DNA of 49,600 bases from Patescibacteria group bacterium (lineage in GTDB: Bacteria; Patescibacteriota; Minisyncoccia; Moranbacterales; UBA11712). The stretch is from contig JASEHL010000003.1 in assembly GCA_030018805.1 (NCBI GenBank), forward strand, positions 1 through 49,600, in the 5' to 3' direction. The first letter of the stretch is position 1, and every line of letters starts with the position of its first letter. Below, piece by piece: positions 25,157 through 34,382 of the stretch. The notes beneath the pieces were generated by a model that did no database searches, was not told the DNA's origin, and was given only the letters and a program-made list of their open reading frames with translations. A program made the translations under genes and the position numbers.

Positions 25157-26114
25157 AAAAAAATATCTTCTTAGGTTCATGTCCAATAAAAGAAACTTTG
25201 ATATCATTATTTCTCATAAAATCAAGGATGGGTTTATTTTGCTTTGCTATAGCGGTGTGACAGAAAAGCTGGTTCCCATCTGCCACAGGATTTAGATGAA
25301 TATTGATTTTCACTGATTTTAAGTCCATTGATTGCGGAGCAAAACGATATGTAAACATAGTATCAAAATTTTTTCTGTCATATATCTTATGCTTTCGCAC
25401 CAGCGTTTTAAAATTGTCATATGTCCGATCCTCCTCGGAATGTCCAAACGCTTCATATTTTGCCAGCAAAAAATCCATCTGTTTTTTATCGGGAAAATGC
25501 GAATATTCGTATATCTTCAATCCAATATCTCCATTCATCAAATCAATGGCAATTGCATCTATTTTATTATCAAAAATAATTGAATTGACCAATTTGTTGT
25601 AAGTAATGCCGAATGTTTCACTTATTTTTTCCAATATTTTGATGATATAAAAAGGATCGTCGATTTTGCGATTTATATTGCCAAAATAAATTTTTGTCCG
25701 CAGATGCTTGTCCTTGCTGAGTTCTAGCCCGAACTGAAAAAGCCAATTGCTATTTTTATTAAAAAAATCCGCCACTTTTTCAACTTTTCTCACATTTTGC
25801 AAATAAGCATATTTTCCGGAATCCTCTGCAAAATCAAACGCATCAAGTATGTTTTTTAATCGTTTCATTTTGAAGTCCTTCAAATTTCCATGAATATTTT
25901 TAGGGAATAATAAATTCAGCACCCTAATTGTAGAATTAATATTTCCATCCTCCCCGACAACAAAAGAAAATTCATTAAACAGCCTTGTTTTTCTCTCCCG
26001 GGATTTCGTATAACCGGAGTAGATCAGCTTCAATATCTCGAACGAATCAACTGCGTCAATCCGCAAAATACGGGACAGATGGCTCAAAAATAATCCTGTT
26101 TGTTCGCTGTTCAT
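25146..26114 (-). CDS. Hypothetical protein, possibly ABBA/PT-barrel prenyltransferase-like
   Basis: Coding supported by operon coupling; repeated KIY strands (RTKIYF, GLKIYE, SVKINIH); function is inference. Confidence 0.5.
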   Translation of the reverse strand: MNSEQTGLFLSHLSRILRIDAVDSFEILKLIYSGYTKSRERKTRLFNEFSFVVGEDGNINSTIRVLNLLFPKNIHGNLKDFKMKRLKNILDAFDFAEDSGKYAYLQNVRKVEKVADFFNKNSNWLFQFGLELSKDKHLRTKIYFGNINRKIDDPFYIIKILEKISETFGITYNKLVNSIIFDNKIDAIAIDLMNGDIGLKIYEYSHFPDKKQMDFLLAKYEAFGHSEEDRTYDNFKTLVRKHKIYDRKNFDTMFTYRFAPQSMDLKSVKINIHLNPVADGNQLFCHTAIAKQNKPILDFMRNNDIKVSFIGHEPKKIFFYVR

Positions 26115-26116
26115 AA

Positions 26117-27181
26117 CTAAAAGGGGAAATTTTTATATAGCGTATTAATGTATTCTTTTCCGTTTCTGCCGGTTGTGCTGATTTTTTTTAAATATTTGTT
26201 TGTTATGACTCTAAATTCATCTTCTATTTTTCCTAGATTGGAAATAATTTCATGAATACTGCCGAAATGCCTTCTGCGACAATCTGTGCAATCTTGATAT
26301 TTGACCTGTTCGTTATCCATATTGCAAGCAAAAAGATCTTTCTTCAGGCCCCGGCGGACATCACCGACGGCAAAGTTGTCAGAGGAAGTCAAAAAAGGAG
26401 AAAGGAACACTTTGCCGCTTGTTGAAACCTCATAGGTATTGAAGCATGTCTCGGGCTGTTGACTATTTTCTGCATTTTTTAATGGTGTTTCCAGAAAATT
26501 TACGAGAAAAATAAAATTCCCGCGGGACAGTTTGTCGACGATATAATCCCAAATTTTTATATAGTTGTCCTTAGCCAATGCTACACTTTCTTCATCCCAT
26601 TTGTGTCGTTCATCATTAATCCACTCCATCCGAAAAGATCTCACACCCAATGAATAGAAATATAAAAAGCTCTCATAGAGTTCACCTGCTTGCAAAGGGT
26701 GCAGGCACAATGCAACATAATATCTGTCAGCCGGAAAACTATCAATCAATAACTTTAGCTTAGGAATCGCTTTTTCAAAAGACCCTTTTTTATTTTGAAA
26801 ATGGCGAAACTTGTCATGTAAATCTTTCTTTCCGCCAAAAGAAAAAGCTATTCCGACTTGATGTTTTTTGAAAAAAGAAATTAGATCGCTGGTAAGCATG
26901 ATACCATTTGTTCCGACACAAACGAAAACATCTCGTTTTCGGTCTTTGGCTTCCTTTAAGATATAGTATATTGAACTTTTCAATAATTCGGGAAATAGGC
27001 AAGGCTCGCCACCATATAAAAAAATAATAAGGCGGCCCGTTTTGGTGCTATTGGCGAAAAAAAACTGCACTGTTTCCCGCAGTTTCTTCAAATTTATTAT
27101 TTTGTCGTCCTTACGGGCAAAACAATAGCTGCAAGATAAAGGACATTTCGTTGTAACAGCAATTTTTAATTTTCTAGGCAT
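26117..27181 (-). CDS. Radical SAM protein (anSME/SPASM-like maturase type)
   Basis: CPLSCSYC, YGGEP, GTNG, HDKFR, C-terminal Cys. Confidence 0.85.
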   Translation of the reverse strand: MPRKLKIAVTTKCPLSCSYCFARKDDKIINLKKLRETVQFFFANSTKTGRLIIFLYGGEPCLFPELLKSSIYYILKEAKDRKRDVFVCVGTNGIMLTSDLISFFKKHQVGIAFSFGGKKDLHDKFRHFQNKKGSFEKAIPKLKLLIDSFPADRYYVALCLHPLQAGELYESFLYFYSLGVRSFRMEWINDERHKWDEESVALAKDNYIKIWDYIVDKLSRGNFIFLVNFLETPLKNAENSQQPETCFNTYEVSTSGKVFLSPFLTSSDNFAVGDVRRGLKKDLFACNMDNEQVKYQDCTDCRRRHFGSIHEIISNLGKIEDEFRVITNKYLKKISTTGRNGKEYINTLYKNFPF

Positions 27182-28070
27182 AAAATTTTAATAAGGCTAT
27201 TCCTTGCTGGTCCGAATTAGTAAAGGTGTGAAGCACGGTATCATCCCGATATATGAAAACTTTATTGCCTTTTTGCCTAATCTTATTTCCGAGCCTGAAA
27301 TAAAGAAACGATTTTTCAATTTTTATTCCTACCGGCCGGTTCCGGGGATAAGCTGCTCTTAAGATAAAGCATTTTGAATATTTTATGACATTTTTTTCAG
27401 CTAAGCCATCGAATAAGATTAGAACACGATCGTCAAAAAGCTTATTAAACCATACAGCCAAAGGCATCGAAAGAATTTTTTTTAAACGAGCCGCAAACGA
27501 AGGCTCAATCTTTTCTATCGCTTTGTATATCTTTTTATTGTACAGCTCCGTTTTTTTGCAGTCCAAGCTACACGGAGCATGAAAACTTAAAAAATCATTG
27601 GAAATGGAGTGGAAAAGATTATTAAGATAAAAAGGAGCTTGCTTAATCTCCGATTGCCTCAAAAAAGCCTTTACTATCCCTTTTTGCGTTTTCTTGAAGT
27701 AGTTGCCTATGCAGCATTTGGGATATCCCAAGTCGCTTGCGAACTTTTTCTCGTCCGTTTCGGACGGTAAACGAGCGCTGTTTTCAGGATCATTTAATTT
27801 ATAAAAATCAGCTATTTTTCTCTTTCGCGCCACATAGATATATCTCACCCCCGCATGCATGGCATAGCCAGTCCTGTCTTCCGCAACAGCTGTATGAAGT
27901 TTGTTCCTTCTAATCACCTTTAAAAACGGGCTGTAAGAATCGCCCGCATCAAGGTTTAGTCTTGTCAAAGGCTTGACACCTCCTAAGACGGCAAGAACAT
28001 CGGGCAACGACCTGTTGAATGGCTGGTATCGCGGATTAAAATATTGAGGAATGGTATCATATATCATCAT
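27174..28070 (-). CDS. Hypothetical protein with LGYPxCC motif (DUF483-like)
   Basis: LGYPKCC and FHAPCSLDC motifs; overlaps both neighbours. Confidence 0.6.
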   Translation of the reverse strand: MMIYDTIPQYFNPRYQPFNRSLPDVLAVLGGVKPLTRLNLDAGDSYSPFLKVIRRNKLHTAVAEDRTGYAMHAGVRYIYVARKRKIADFYKLNDPENSARLPSETDEKKFASDLGYPKCCIGNYFKKTQKGIVKAFLRQSEIKQAPFYLNNLFHSISNDFLSFHAPCSLDCKKTELYNKKIYKAIEKIEPSFAARLKKILSMPLAVWFNKLFDDRVLILFDGLAEKNVIKYSKCFILRAAYPRNRPVGIKIEKSFLYFRLGNKIRQKGNKVFIYRDDTVLHTFTNSDQQGIALLKFYA

Positions 28071-29235
28071 CAAATCGATATATCCTTTTAAAATCAGCAT
28101 TTTGCTCCCTTAAAAGCGTTTCGCTTATAGAAAGCATAGCCCCATTGAATAGACGTGAATATAGACATATTGTTTCGAGACCGGCCGCCACGTTTTCTCC
28201 CTTTGCTATACAATAAGCGAAAGTGGCTATTTTACACAAACAATGGGGCAAAAAATCGCATCGTCGGCATTTGGGGAAAATTTTATCGATTTCATTTTTT
28301 GTTTTCGTCAAAAAAGTCAAGCGCTTTCTCTTGTCAATACCGCTTTCGATATTCCCGAAAGCATACGGCTTTTTCTGTTTTTGGTTCAATCCAAGAAGCC
28401 GTCCGCAAGAATAATAATTTTTATCCGGTGACAATAGCAACGAATCGCAAGTCCTGTTGCCGCTCTTTTTCCTGCTTAGCAACACACTTTTTATCGCCGG
28501 GACAAAAAACATTTCGTTTTTTTTCTTCTTGCGAAAAACATTCAAGTAATAAGCTGAAAAATCTTTCAGGAATTTTCTTAGTTTTACTTCGTACTTTTTA
28601 CCTATGGGTGCGTTAACATCTGCTTGAAAGTCAATCATCCTAAAACCAGACCTTGCCAGATGTTTGATATTTTTTGCCAGGCAATCGATCGTACTTTCCG
28701 TAAAGACACAACTGATCATCAATATGGTATTTGATAAGTTCACTCGGCTGAGATTATTGGCAATAACATCGTAGGATGATTTTTGAGAGCCTCTTATTTT
28801 CCGGTAAAGGTCATGAACCTGTTTAGAGCCATCTAGACTGACTATAACTAGAACACCGTGCCGATTTAAAAAATTAATCTTTTCCTGATCGATAAGCAAG
28901 CCGTTAGTGCTCAAAATAAATTGTCTGCTGACATTGGGATATTTTTTAGCTGCGTGCTTTATGATAGTCTTTATTTTTTCATATTCCAAAAGCGGTTCGC
29001 CTCCAAGAAATTGAATCACTTTTTCTTCGCCTCCATCAGCAAAAAAATCATCTATACTTTTTACGCATTCCCCTGTGGTCAGCGCTCCTTTGTGGTCTTT
29101 TTTTCTTACATAACAATAAGTGCAATCCATATTGCACTTATCAGTGATAAATAACTTTAGAGTTTTTAGGCTATCCCTTCGAGAATGGCTAAGTTGTAAC
29201 GATTTTTTTTGATGCATTGAGCCATAATCCTCCAT
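28057..29235 (-). CDS. Radical SAM/SPASM-like protein
   Basis: CNMDCTYC, LGGEPLL, STNG, SLDG, C-terminal CRRCDFLPHCLC. Confidence 0.88.
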   Translation of the reverse strand: MEDYGSMHQKKSLQLSHSRRDSLKTLKLFITDKCNMDCTYCYVRKKDHKGALTTGECVKSIDDFFADGGEEKVIQFLGGEPLLEYEKIKTIIKHAAKKYPNVSRQFILSTNGLLIDQEKINFLNRHGVLVIVSLDGSKQVHDLYRKIRGSQKSSYDVIANNLSRVNLSNTILMISCVFTESTIDCLAKNIKHLARSGFRMIDFQADVNAPIGKKYEVKLRKFLKDFSAYYLNVFRKKKKNEMFFVPAIKSVLLSRKKSGNRTCDSLLLSPDKNYYSCGRLLGLNQKQKKPYAFGNIESGIDKRKRLTFLTKTKNEIDKIFPKCRRCDFLPHCLCKIATFAYCIAKGENVAAGLETICLYSRLFNGAMLSISETLLREQNADFKRIYRFDDDI

Positions 29236-29260
29236 TCGAACTTAACCGATTACGCAGATA

Positions 29261-30151
29261 TCACTGCAAATGACCAAAATAGCAATACTGGTGAGCGAAA
29301 TTACCGATAACATCTTTACTGACGCAATATGCCGGATCCTGATTAAGGACATAGCGGCAAACCTGCGGCAAAACATTATCTTTATCCTGAATTACCTGAC
29401 ATTTACTTGAATCGCCGGAATCAAGTGCCTTCATGAATTGGGCTCCGGATATACATGATTCTTTTTCATCCGTAAGCCCTTGACAATAACTTTCGTCTCG
29501 CGTAAGCGCCGCCTGGCAAGATTTCTTGCCCGGTTCCTGACAGACGTTTCCGCTTTTTTGCGCTAATCCCGCCAAGAAATCATCCGCCTTGATAATTTTC
29601 TCCGTTAACCCCTTTTTCAAATTACTGTTATCCGGAGCATATTTATTGATGTATTCATTGAAATCCGCCAACACGCTATCAGACACATTTTTATCTCTTG
29701 TAAGACGTAAAAAAACATCTTCATACCAAACCGTTTTATAGCAAACGAGCTGCGCATTCTTCTCGAGGTCCTCAAGGTCTTTATTTTTGTTCTCGCTGTT
29801 TATGGGAGAGCCACAATCAGTGTATTTGCCGGAGATCGCGGCCTTGCAAGAAAAATAACTACTTAGGGAGGCTATTATTGTCGATCCGCTAAACACAGGG
29901 CCTTCTGCATTGAATTCAGGATTTTTAGTTTCAAGCGCCCACTTGATTTTGTCATCCGTAAGCACAAAATTTTTTTCACATTGCTGTCTCTCTTCCTCTG
30001 TTTTATAAGGAGGATCACCCGAAACAGAAGGTTTGGATATCCCTATTTTTTTATTGTTTAAGTAATGGATAAAATAAATCGTTCCCGCAGAAATAATTAA
30101 AACAAGAGCTATTAACGAGATTAAAATCAATTTTCGCTTATTGGCAAACAT
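29261..30151 (-). CDS. Membrane-anchored extracytoplasmic Cys-rich protein
   Basis: N-terminal TM segment; 12 Cys, closely spaced toward the C-terminus. Confidence 0.75.
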   Translation of the reverse strand: MFANKRKLILISLIALVLIISAGTIYFIHYLNNKKIGISKPSVSGDPPYKTEEERQQCEKNFVLTDDKIKWALETKNPEFNAEGPVFSGSTIIASLSSYFSCKAAISGKYTDCGSPINSENKNKDLEDLEKNAQLVCYKTVWYEDVFLRLTRDKNVSDSVLADFNEYINKYAPDNSNLKKGLTEKIIKADDFLAGLAQKSGNVCQEPGKKSCQAALTRDESYCQGLTDEKESCISGAQFMKALDSGDSSKCQVIQDKDNVLPQVCRYVLNQDPAYCVSKDVIGNFAHQYCYFGHLQ

Positions 30152-30194
30152 ATTTTATTTTAAATTTTTTAGCTTATCAATTGCCCCCTAACTA

Positions 30195-30464
30195 TTATGG
30201 GCACCAGCCTCCACTACAATGAGCGCTATGCGACCCGTGCGAACCATGCGACCCGTGCGAGCTATGGGAACTGTGATTGGAATGAACACAATTCGCCTGA
30301 CTCTGATCGGCTTTCATTAAGCCGGCAGCGGCCATTCCCGCCACAAATAATCCCATACCGATTTTTCGGATGTTCTTTTTCGAAATTTTTCCTTCCTCTT
30401 CATTCAGAAAAGCTGTGATATTTTTTTTGGTTTTGGGAAATTTGTTTTTTTGTTTCATGGCCAT
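30195..30464 (-). CDS. hxsA: His-Xaa-Ser repeat precursor peptide (HxsA-type)
   Basis: HSN-HSS-HSS-HGS-HGS-HGS-HSA-HCS C-terminal tract, adjacent to HxsB. Confidence 0.9.
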   Translation of the reverse strand: MAMKQKNKFPKTKKNITAFLNEEEGKISKKNIRKIGMGLFVAGMAAAGLMKADQSQANCVHSNHSSHSSHGSHGSHGSHSAHCSGGWCP

Positions 30465-30515
30465 TTTGAAAAATTTATGATTTATATAAAAATTCCGTGC
30501 GCTTTTTGCGATAAA

Positions 30516-31982
30516 TCAAGATTTTGACTTACCGCTGATCCAACCCAGAAGGATTGGCTTTATTCTATCATCTTTCCTTATTTTTTGGAATAGATAATCA
30601 AAAATACCGGTGTATATCCGGCAACGGCTGCTATTGGGCAATTGCGGGAATATGTTGCCTGACTCGGCGTAATTAACGATTGGACAAGTGCCACAGTATG
30701 GCTTATAAACGCAATCGTCGCAGGCCAACCCTTCCAGACAGGATGCCAAACACATTGTTCTGATCGCCGGTTTCAAGATCAAATCCGCATAAGTATCGTT
30801 TTCAACATTGCCCAGCTTGAACAGATCTTTCCCTAGCATCCTTCCCTCATCGCAAGTATAGATATCGCCATTGTAATCATATAATAACTGTCCAATGCCG
30901 GCGCCGCACGGGGAGCGAAGCTCAAAAAAATTCGGCGTCCGTTCTGTCAGGATTTTTACGGCTATATTGGCCGCCAGGGCTTCCCGAAAAAAAAGATTTT
31001 TTTTGATATTCAAATTGAAGATATAATCCAAGCTTTTTTTATAGAACTTGACGAACTCATCGGGTTTATAGCCGATTGCCTGCCAACTTTTTTTAGCCAC
31101 TCCCAGTGGAGCCAAAGGCCGCAAAGCTATGGTATCAAGTCCAAGCTTCGCGTATTCATCTATGATTTCCCGCCAATACGGCAATGAGGATCGCGTAACG
31201 GTCAATAGCGCGGCCGGTTGATTAATGTAATATTTTTTATAGCGCTTGAGCAAATATTCAAGCCACTCTTTCGTTTTTCGCTGGCTGTTTCCTCCTAGCC
31301 AAGTCCTGTTCTTATTGTGCACTCTCTCCGGCCCGTCCAGAGAAGTGCAAAAAACCACCTTATGTTTGAAGAGATAATCTGCCTTTTTCTTGTCAAGTAA
31401 AGAAAGATTGGATACTATCCTGATTTCCAAATTTCGTTTCTCTTTCTTGTTTTTTTCCCGGGCATATTCTGTTATGAATTTCACCACCGGCCAATTGAGA
31501 AGCGGCTCTCCGCCTTGGAATTCGATGGCCAAGTACCGGTTCGGCGATTGAAAAATCAGATCAACTATCTTCCGGGCGTTTTCCAAGCTCAAATTCTTTT
31601 CTTTTTCCCATTCGGAGCAAGAACTTGTTTGGCAATAAACGCATTTGTGATTGCATCGCAAAGTCACGACGATAATATGCAAACTCGGTCCATTCTGAAA
31701 CAGATGCTTGTTCTTTTCGCGATATTTCTCGACAAATTTTTCAGTTTCTAGGTCTTCGGCAAAGAAATTTTTTCTAGCCAGTTCTTCATACCGGGAAGAT
31801 GATTTGTTCATTCTGTCTTGCGAAAAATCAGCGAATTCTTTGACTGTCAAAAAAATATACTCACCGATCTCGTTGGTAAGTAAATATTCTTTTCCCATTT
31901 TTTTGAAGCGAAAGAATCCTGATTTTTTGGGCATCGAAATCCTTTTCTTGAATTTAGATTTGCTGGAATGTGAAGTTCCCAT
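30516..31982 (-). CDS. hxsB: His-Xaa-Ser system radical SAM maturase HxsB
   Basis: LHIIVVTLRCNHKCVYC, IEFQGGEPLLN, LRSPCGAGIGQ, YTCDEGRM, SPASM Cys; start may be MPKK. Confidence 0.92.
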   Translation of the reverse strand: MGTSHSSKSKFKKRISMPKKSGFFRFKKMGKEYLLTNEIGEYIFLTVKEFADFSQDRMNKSSSRYEELARKNFFAEDLETEKFVEKYREKNKHLFQNGPSLHIIVVTLRCNHKCVYCQTSSCSEWEKEKNLSLENARKIVDLIFQSPNRYLAIEFQGGEPLLNWPVVKFITEYAREKNKKEKRNLEIRIVSNLSLLDKKKADYLFKHKVVFCTSLDGPERVHNKNRTWLGGNSQRKTKEWLEYLLKRYKKYYINQPAALLTVTRSSLPYWREIIDEYAKLGLDTIALRPLAPLGVAKKSWQAIGYKPDEFVKFYKKSLDYIFNLNIKKNLFFREALAANIAVKILTERTPNFFELRSPCGAGIGQLLYDYNGDIYTCDEGRMLGKDLFKLGNVENDTYADLILKPAIRTMCLASCLEGLACDDCVYKPYCGTCPIVNYAESGNIFPQLPNSSRCRIYTGIFDYLFQKIRKDDRIKPILLGWISGKSKS

Positions 31983-32009
31983 TTAGCGGATAAATAAGAT
32001 AAATCCCGT

Positions 32010-32228
32010 CTAGTGTTTGATCAGGCTAAGCGCATAGTTGGAAAATTCATTTCCAATCAGTTTGTCTTCCTGAGCCATAACATCGCTGATTTTGACAATG
32101 CGATAGCTCTTATTTTCGGATAAAGAAAAACTGGCCAATTGCTTGAAATCCGCGATTGCCTTTTGAATTTCCTTTGCTGGATAAATTTTTTTATTAAATT
32201 TGATTGCCGCTGTTTTCCCTTTCATCAA
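32010..32228 (-). CDS. HxsD-like small protein
   Basis: IKFNKKIYPAKEI...GNEFSNYAL, resembling N-terminal part of 32299-32742. Confidence 0.75.
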   Translation of the reverse strand: MMKGKTAAIKFNKKIYPAKEIQKAIADFKQLASFSLSENKSYRIVKISDVMAQEDKLIGNEFSNYALSLIKH

Positions 32229-32298
32229 GCTCTTTTTTTATTCCTAATTGGATTTACTATTTTGATGTTTCGCGTTATTCAAAAAAACAAGGTATATT

Positions 32299-32742
32299 TC
32301 ATCGTTTTTTGCCCGTCGGTTTCTGATTTTTTTCTTCCCAAGGGACAGCAATTCCCAGAGGATCATCTTGCCAACCAGCCTTTGTTTCTTTATCTTCGTT
32401 GGGCGATACAAAACTATTCGGCAGACCGGAAACTAAAGCCGACGCTATGATATATTCTCTTATTTTTTTATTCCGTTTGGCTATTTTGGTCCTCAAGAGA
32501 AAGTTCAGGAGTTCGTTCAAAAATTCCCCCTGCAGAGCTTCGAGTTTCTTTCCATCCAATTCTTCCTTTCCTTTGAGATGGACTTCTATTTCTTTTTCCG
32601 GATCACCGTCCAGAAATACATAGGCTCGATCCAAAAAAACATAGGCTGTGTTATAGATAGATTCCAAGGAATAGATTTTGCTGTCGAGCCAAAACACTAC
32701 TTCGTTGTTTTTCAAGTCTATTTTCGTTTTTGGATGCGACAT
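32299..32742 (-). CDS. hxsD: His-Xaa-Ser system protein HxsD
   Basis: KIYSLESIYNTAYVFLDR, GEFLNELL, IREYI; first gene of operon; ORF extends to 32769. Confidence 0.85.
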   Translation of the reverse strand: MSHPKTKIDLKNNEVVFWLDSKIYSLESIYNTAYVFLDRAYVFLDGDPEKEIEVHLKGKEELDGKKLEALQGEFLNELLNFLLRTKIAKRNKKIREYIIASALVSGLPNSFVSPNEDKETKAGWQDDPLGIAVPWEEKNQKPTGKKR

Positions 32743-32803
32743 AGAGAAAAAATTAAAAAATGAAATCATAACGGACTGAAAAGATAACTTGCCCCATTGG
32801 CAA

Positions 32804-32832
32804 ATTATAGTCTATGCGACAGAAAAAGTTAA
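32804..32832 (-). promoter_or_regulatory. Candidate promoter of Hxs operon
   Basis: TTAACT (32827-32832)-17-TATAAT (32804-32809). Confidence 0.55.
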
Positions 32833-32853
32833 GTTTTTTCTGATAAAACTTTT

Positions 32854-34242
32854 TTACGGGTTCGTTTCTATCCAGCCGCAGGATTTTTTGCCACTGGCGC
32901 TGCAGGAATCAACAGGATTTCCCCCGCAACTTCCAAGACAGTCCCAGGAAGCTTCGTAGCCGGTGGTGTCAGGGTTACTGGGAGAAGGACTGCCGCCGGC
33001 GCAAAGCTCGGCGCCGGTAAGTGTTCTGCCGTCACAAATCGGTTCTCCGTCCGATGTTCCGCACTGGCCGTCTTCCACGGGAAGTACGTTAGCAGGACAC
33101 TCTACCGATCCACAGCTATTGCTGCACGTCCACGAATCAGAGTCAATGGGACTACCACAATTCGTTCCTCCAGTGCACATGCCCGGCTGACACGCCAACG
33201 CCCCTCCACCCGAACAAATAGTTATTGTTCCGCAATTCGTTAAATCTGGAACAGGCGCGACACTGGCGCTGCATGGGGGAGAAGGATTTCCTCCGTAGAG
33301 CCCATCGCACGTCCAGGCCCAGGGATTAGTTGGACTTGAAATAAGGGGATTACCCGGAGCGCACAGCCCAGGGGTGGCTGGAGTGATCGTAGTTCCATCG
33401 CAGAATGAAAGTCCAGTCCCGCAGACTCCATCCGTTGCACCGAGGAAAAAGCTTCCCACCGCGTATGGGCTCCAGTCATACGCGTCTTTGACTCTCACGC
33501 GGTAATAGTAGGTGGAGTTGTCTATCGGAAGCGTTCCGGGCGGAACCGTGTAGGAATAAGTGCCGACAGGCATGGCAGTGGGATTTTCTACTTTGTTGTA
33601 TTGATAGCTGGCGTTATTATTTTGATAAAGCGGGGTGCAACACCAACATATATAGTAACCGCCTTCTCCACCGCCAATCCATACTGCACCACATCCGTCC
33701 GCCCAACAATTTGCCATATCGTTGCCGGAGTCCCCACAAGGTTCTCCATACCCTATTAGCGACTGATAAGCATACCAATCATAACATGCAGCCGGGTCGC
33801 CAGACGAGGCGCTGAAGGAGACGGGACAATTCACATTCGTGGAATCCGTATCGCAAGCAGGACGGGGAGTCGGCTGGATGTCACTGCTGCTTCCTCTATT
33901 ATAGGAGAAAGTGCTCTGGTACGCCTTTATTCCCGTATCATGCAAGATTGGAGAGAATGAGGGATCCTTGCTGATTTGGATTTGGTGGTAGCGAAAAGGG
34001 CTGCTCGTGGCATTTCGAGGATTACCGGGATTGATAGTTATTAAATAATTTATGATGGGGCTTGCGGGGTTGGTGAGATTGGGGTCGGGAGGCTGGACGC
34101 AAACTCCGATGTTCGTATAGGCGGCGGCTTGGGCATGGGATTTTTCCGGACAAAACCATACCAATAATAAAAGAAACATTGCAATTATATTTATCAGTGT
34201 CCAGAAGTTGCTGTACTTTGATTTTTTATTTGTCGCGATCAT
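32854..34242 (-). CDS. Secreted Cys/Gly/Pro-rich surface protein with Fn3-like segment and DGxCG repeats
   Basis: Signal peptide (SHA|QAA); YYYRVRVKD...WS; DGVCG...WTCDG and DGQCG...WDCLG repeats; TTGACT-16-TATAAT promoter at 34284-34311. Confidence 0.8.
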   Translation of the reverse strand: MIATNKKSKYSNFWTLINIIAMFLLLLVWFCPEKSHAQAAAYTNIGVCVQPPDPNLTNPASPIINYLITINPGNPRNATSSPFRYHQIQISKDPSFSPILHDTGIKAYQSTFSYNRGSSSDIQPTPRPACDTDSTNVNCPVSFSASSGDPAACYDWYAYQSLIGYGEPCGDSGNDMANCWADGCGAVWIGGGEGGYYICWCCTPLYQNNNASYQYNKVENPTAMPVGTYSYTVPPGTLPIDNSTYYYRVRVKDAYDWSPYAVGSFFLGATDGVCGTGLSFCDGTTITPATPGLCAPGNPLISSPTNPWAWTCDGLYGGNPSPPCSASVAPVPDLTNCGTITICSGGGALACQPGMCTGGTNCGSPIDSDSWTCSNSCGSVECPANVLPVEDGQCGTSDGEPICDGRTLTGAELCAGGSPSPSNPDTTGYEASWDCLGSCGGNPVDSCSASGKKSCGWIETNP

Positions 34243-34328
34243 TTTTTTATTTTTTTATTGTTATCCTCAATATGTCTTTTTTCATTATATATCGCGCAAA
34301 ATCTGAGTCAAGCAACTCACATAAAAAC

Positions 34329-34356
34329 AAAAGCGCCTTTTTGTCAGGCGCTTTTA
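34329..34356. terminator. Terminator after ftsZ
   Basis: AAAAGCGCCT...AGGCGCTTTT hairpin. Confidence 0.7.
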
Positions 34357-34382
34357 TTATATAAAAATAACGGATATATAAG

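Noticed and set aside
32854-34242. Diversity-generating retroelement target
   Set aside because: No reverse transcriptase or template/variable repeat pair seen in the window.
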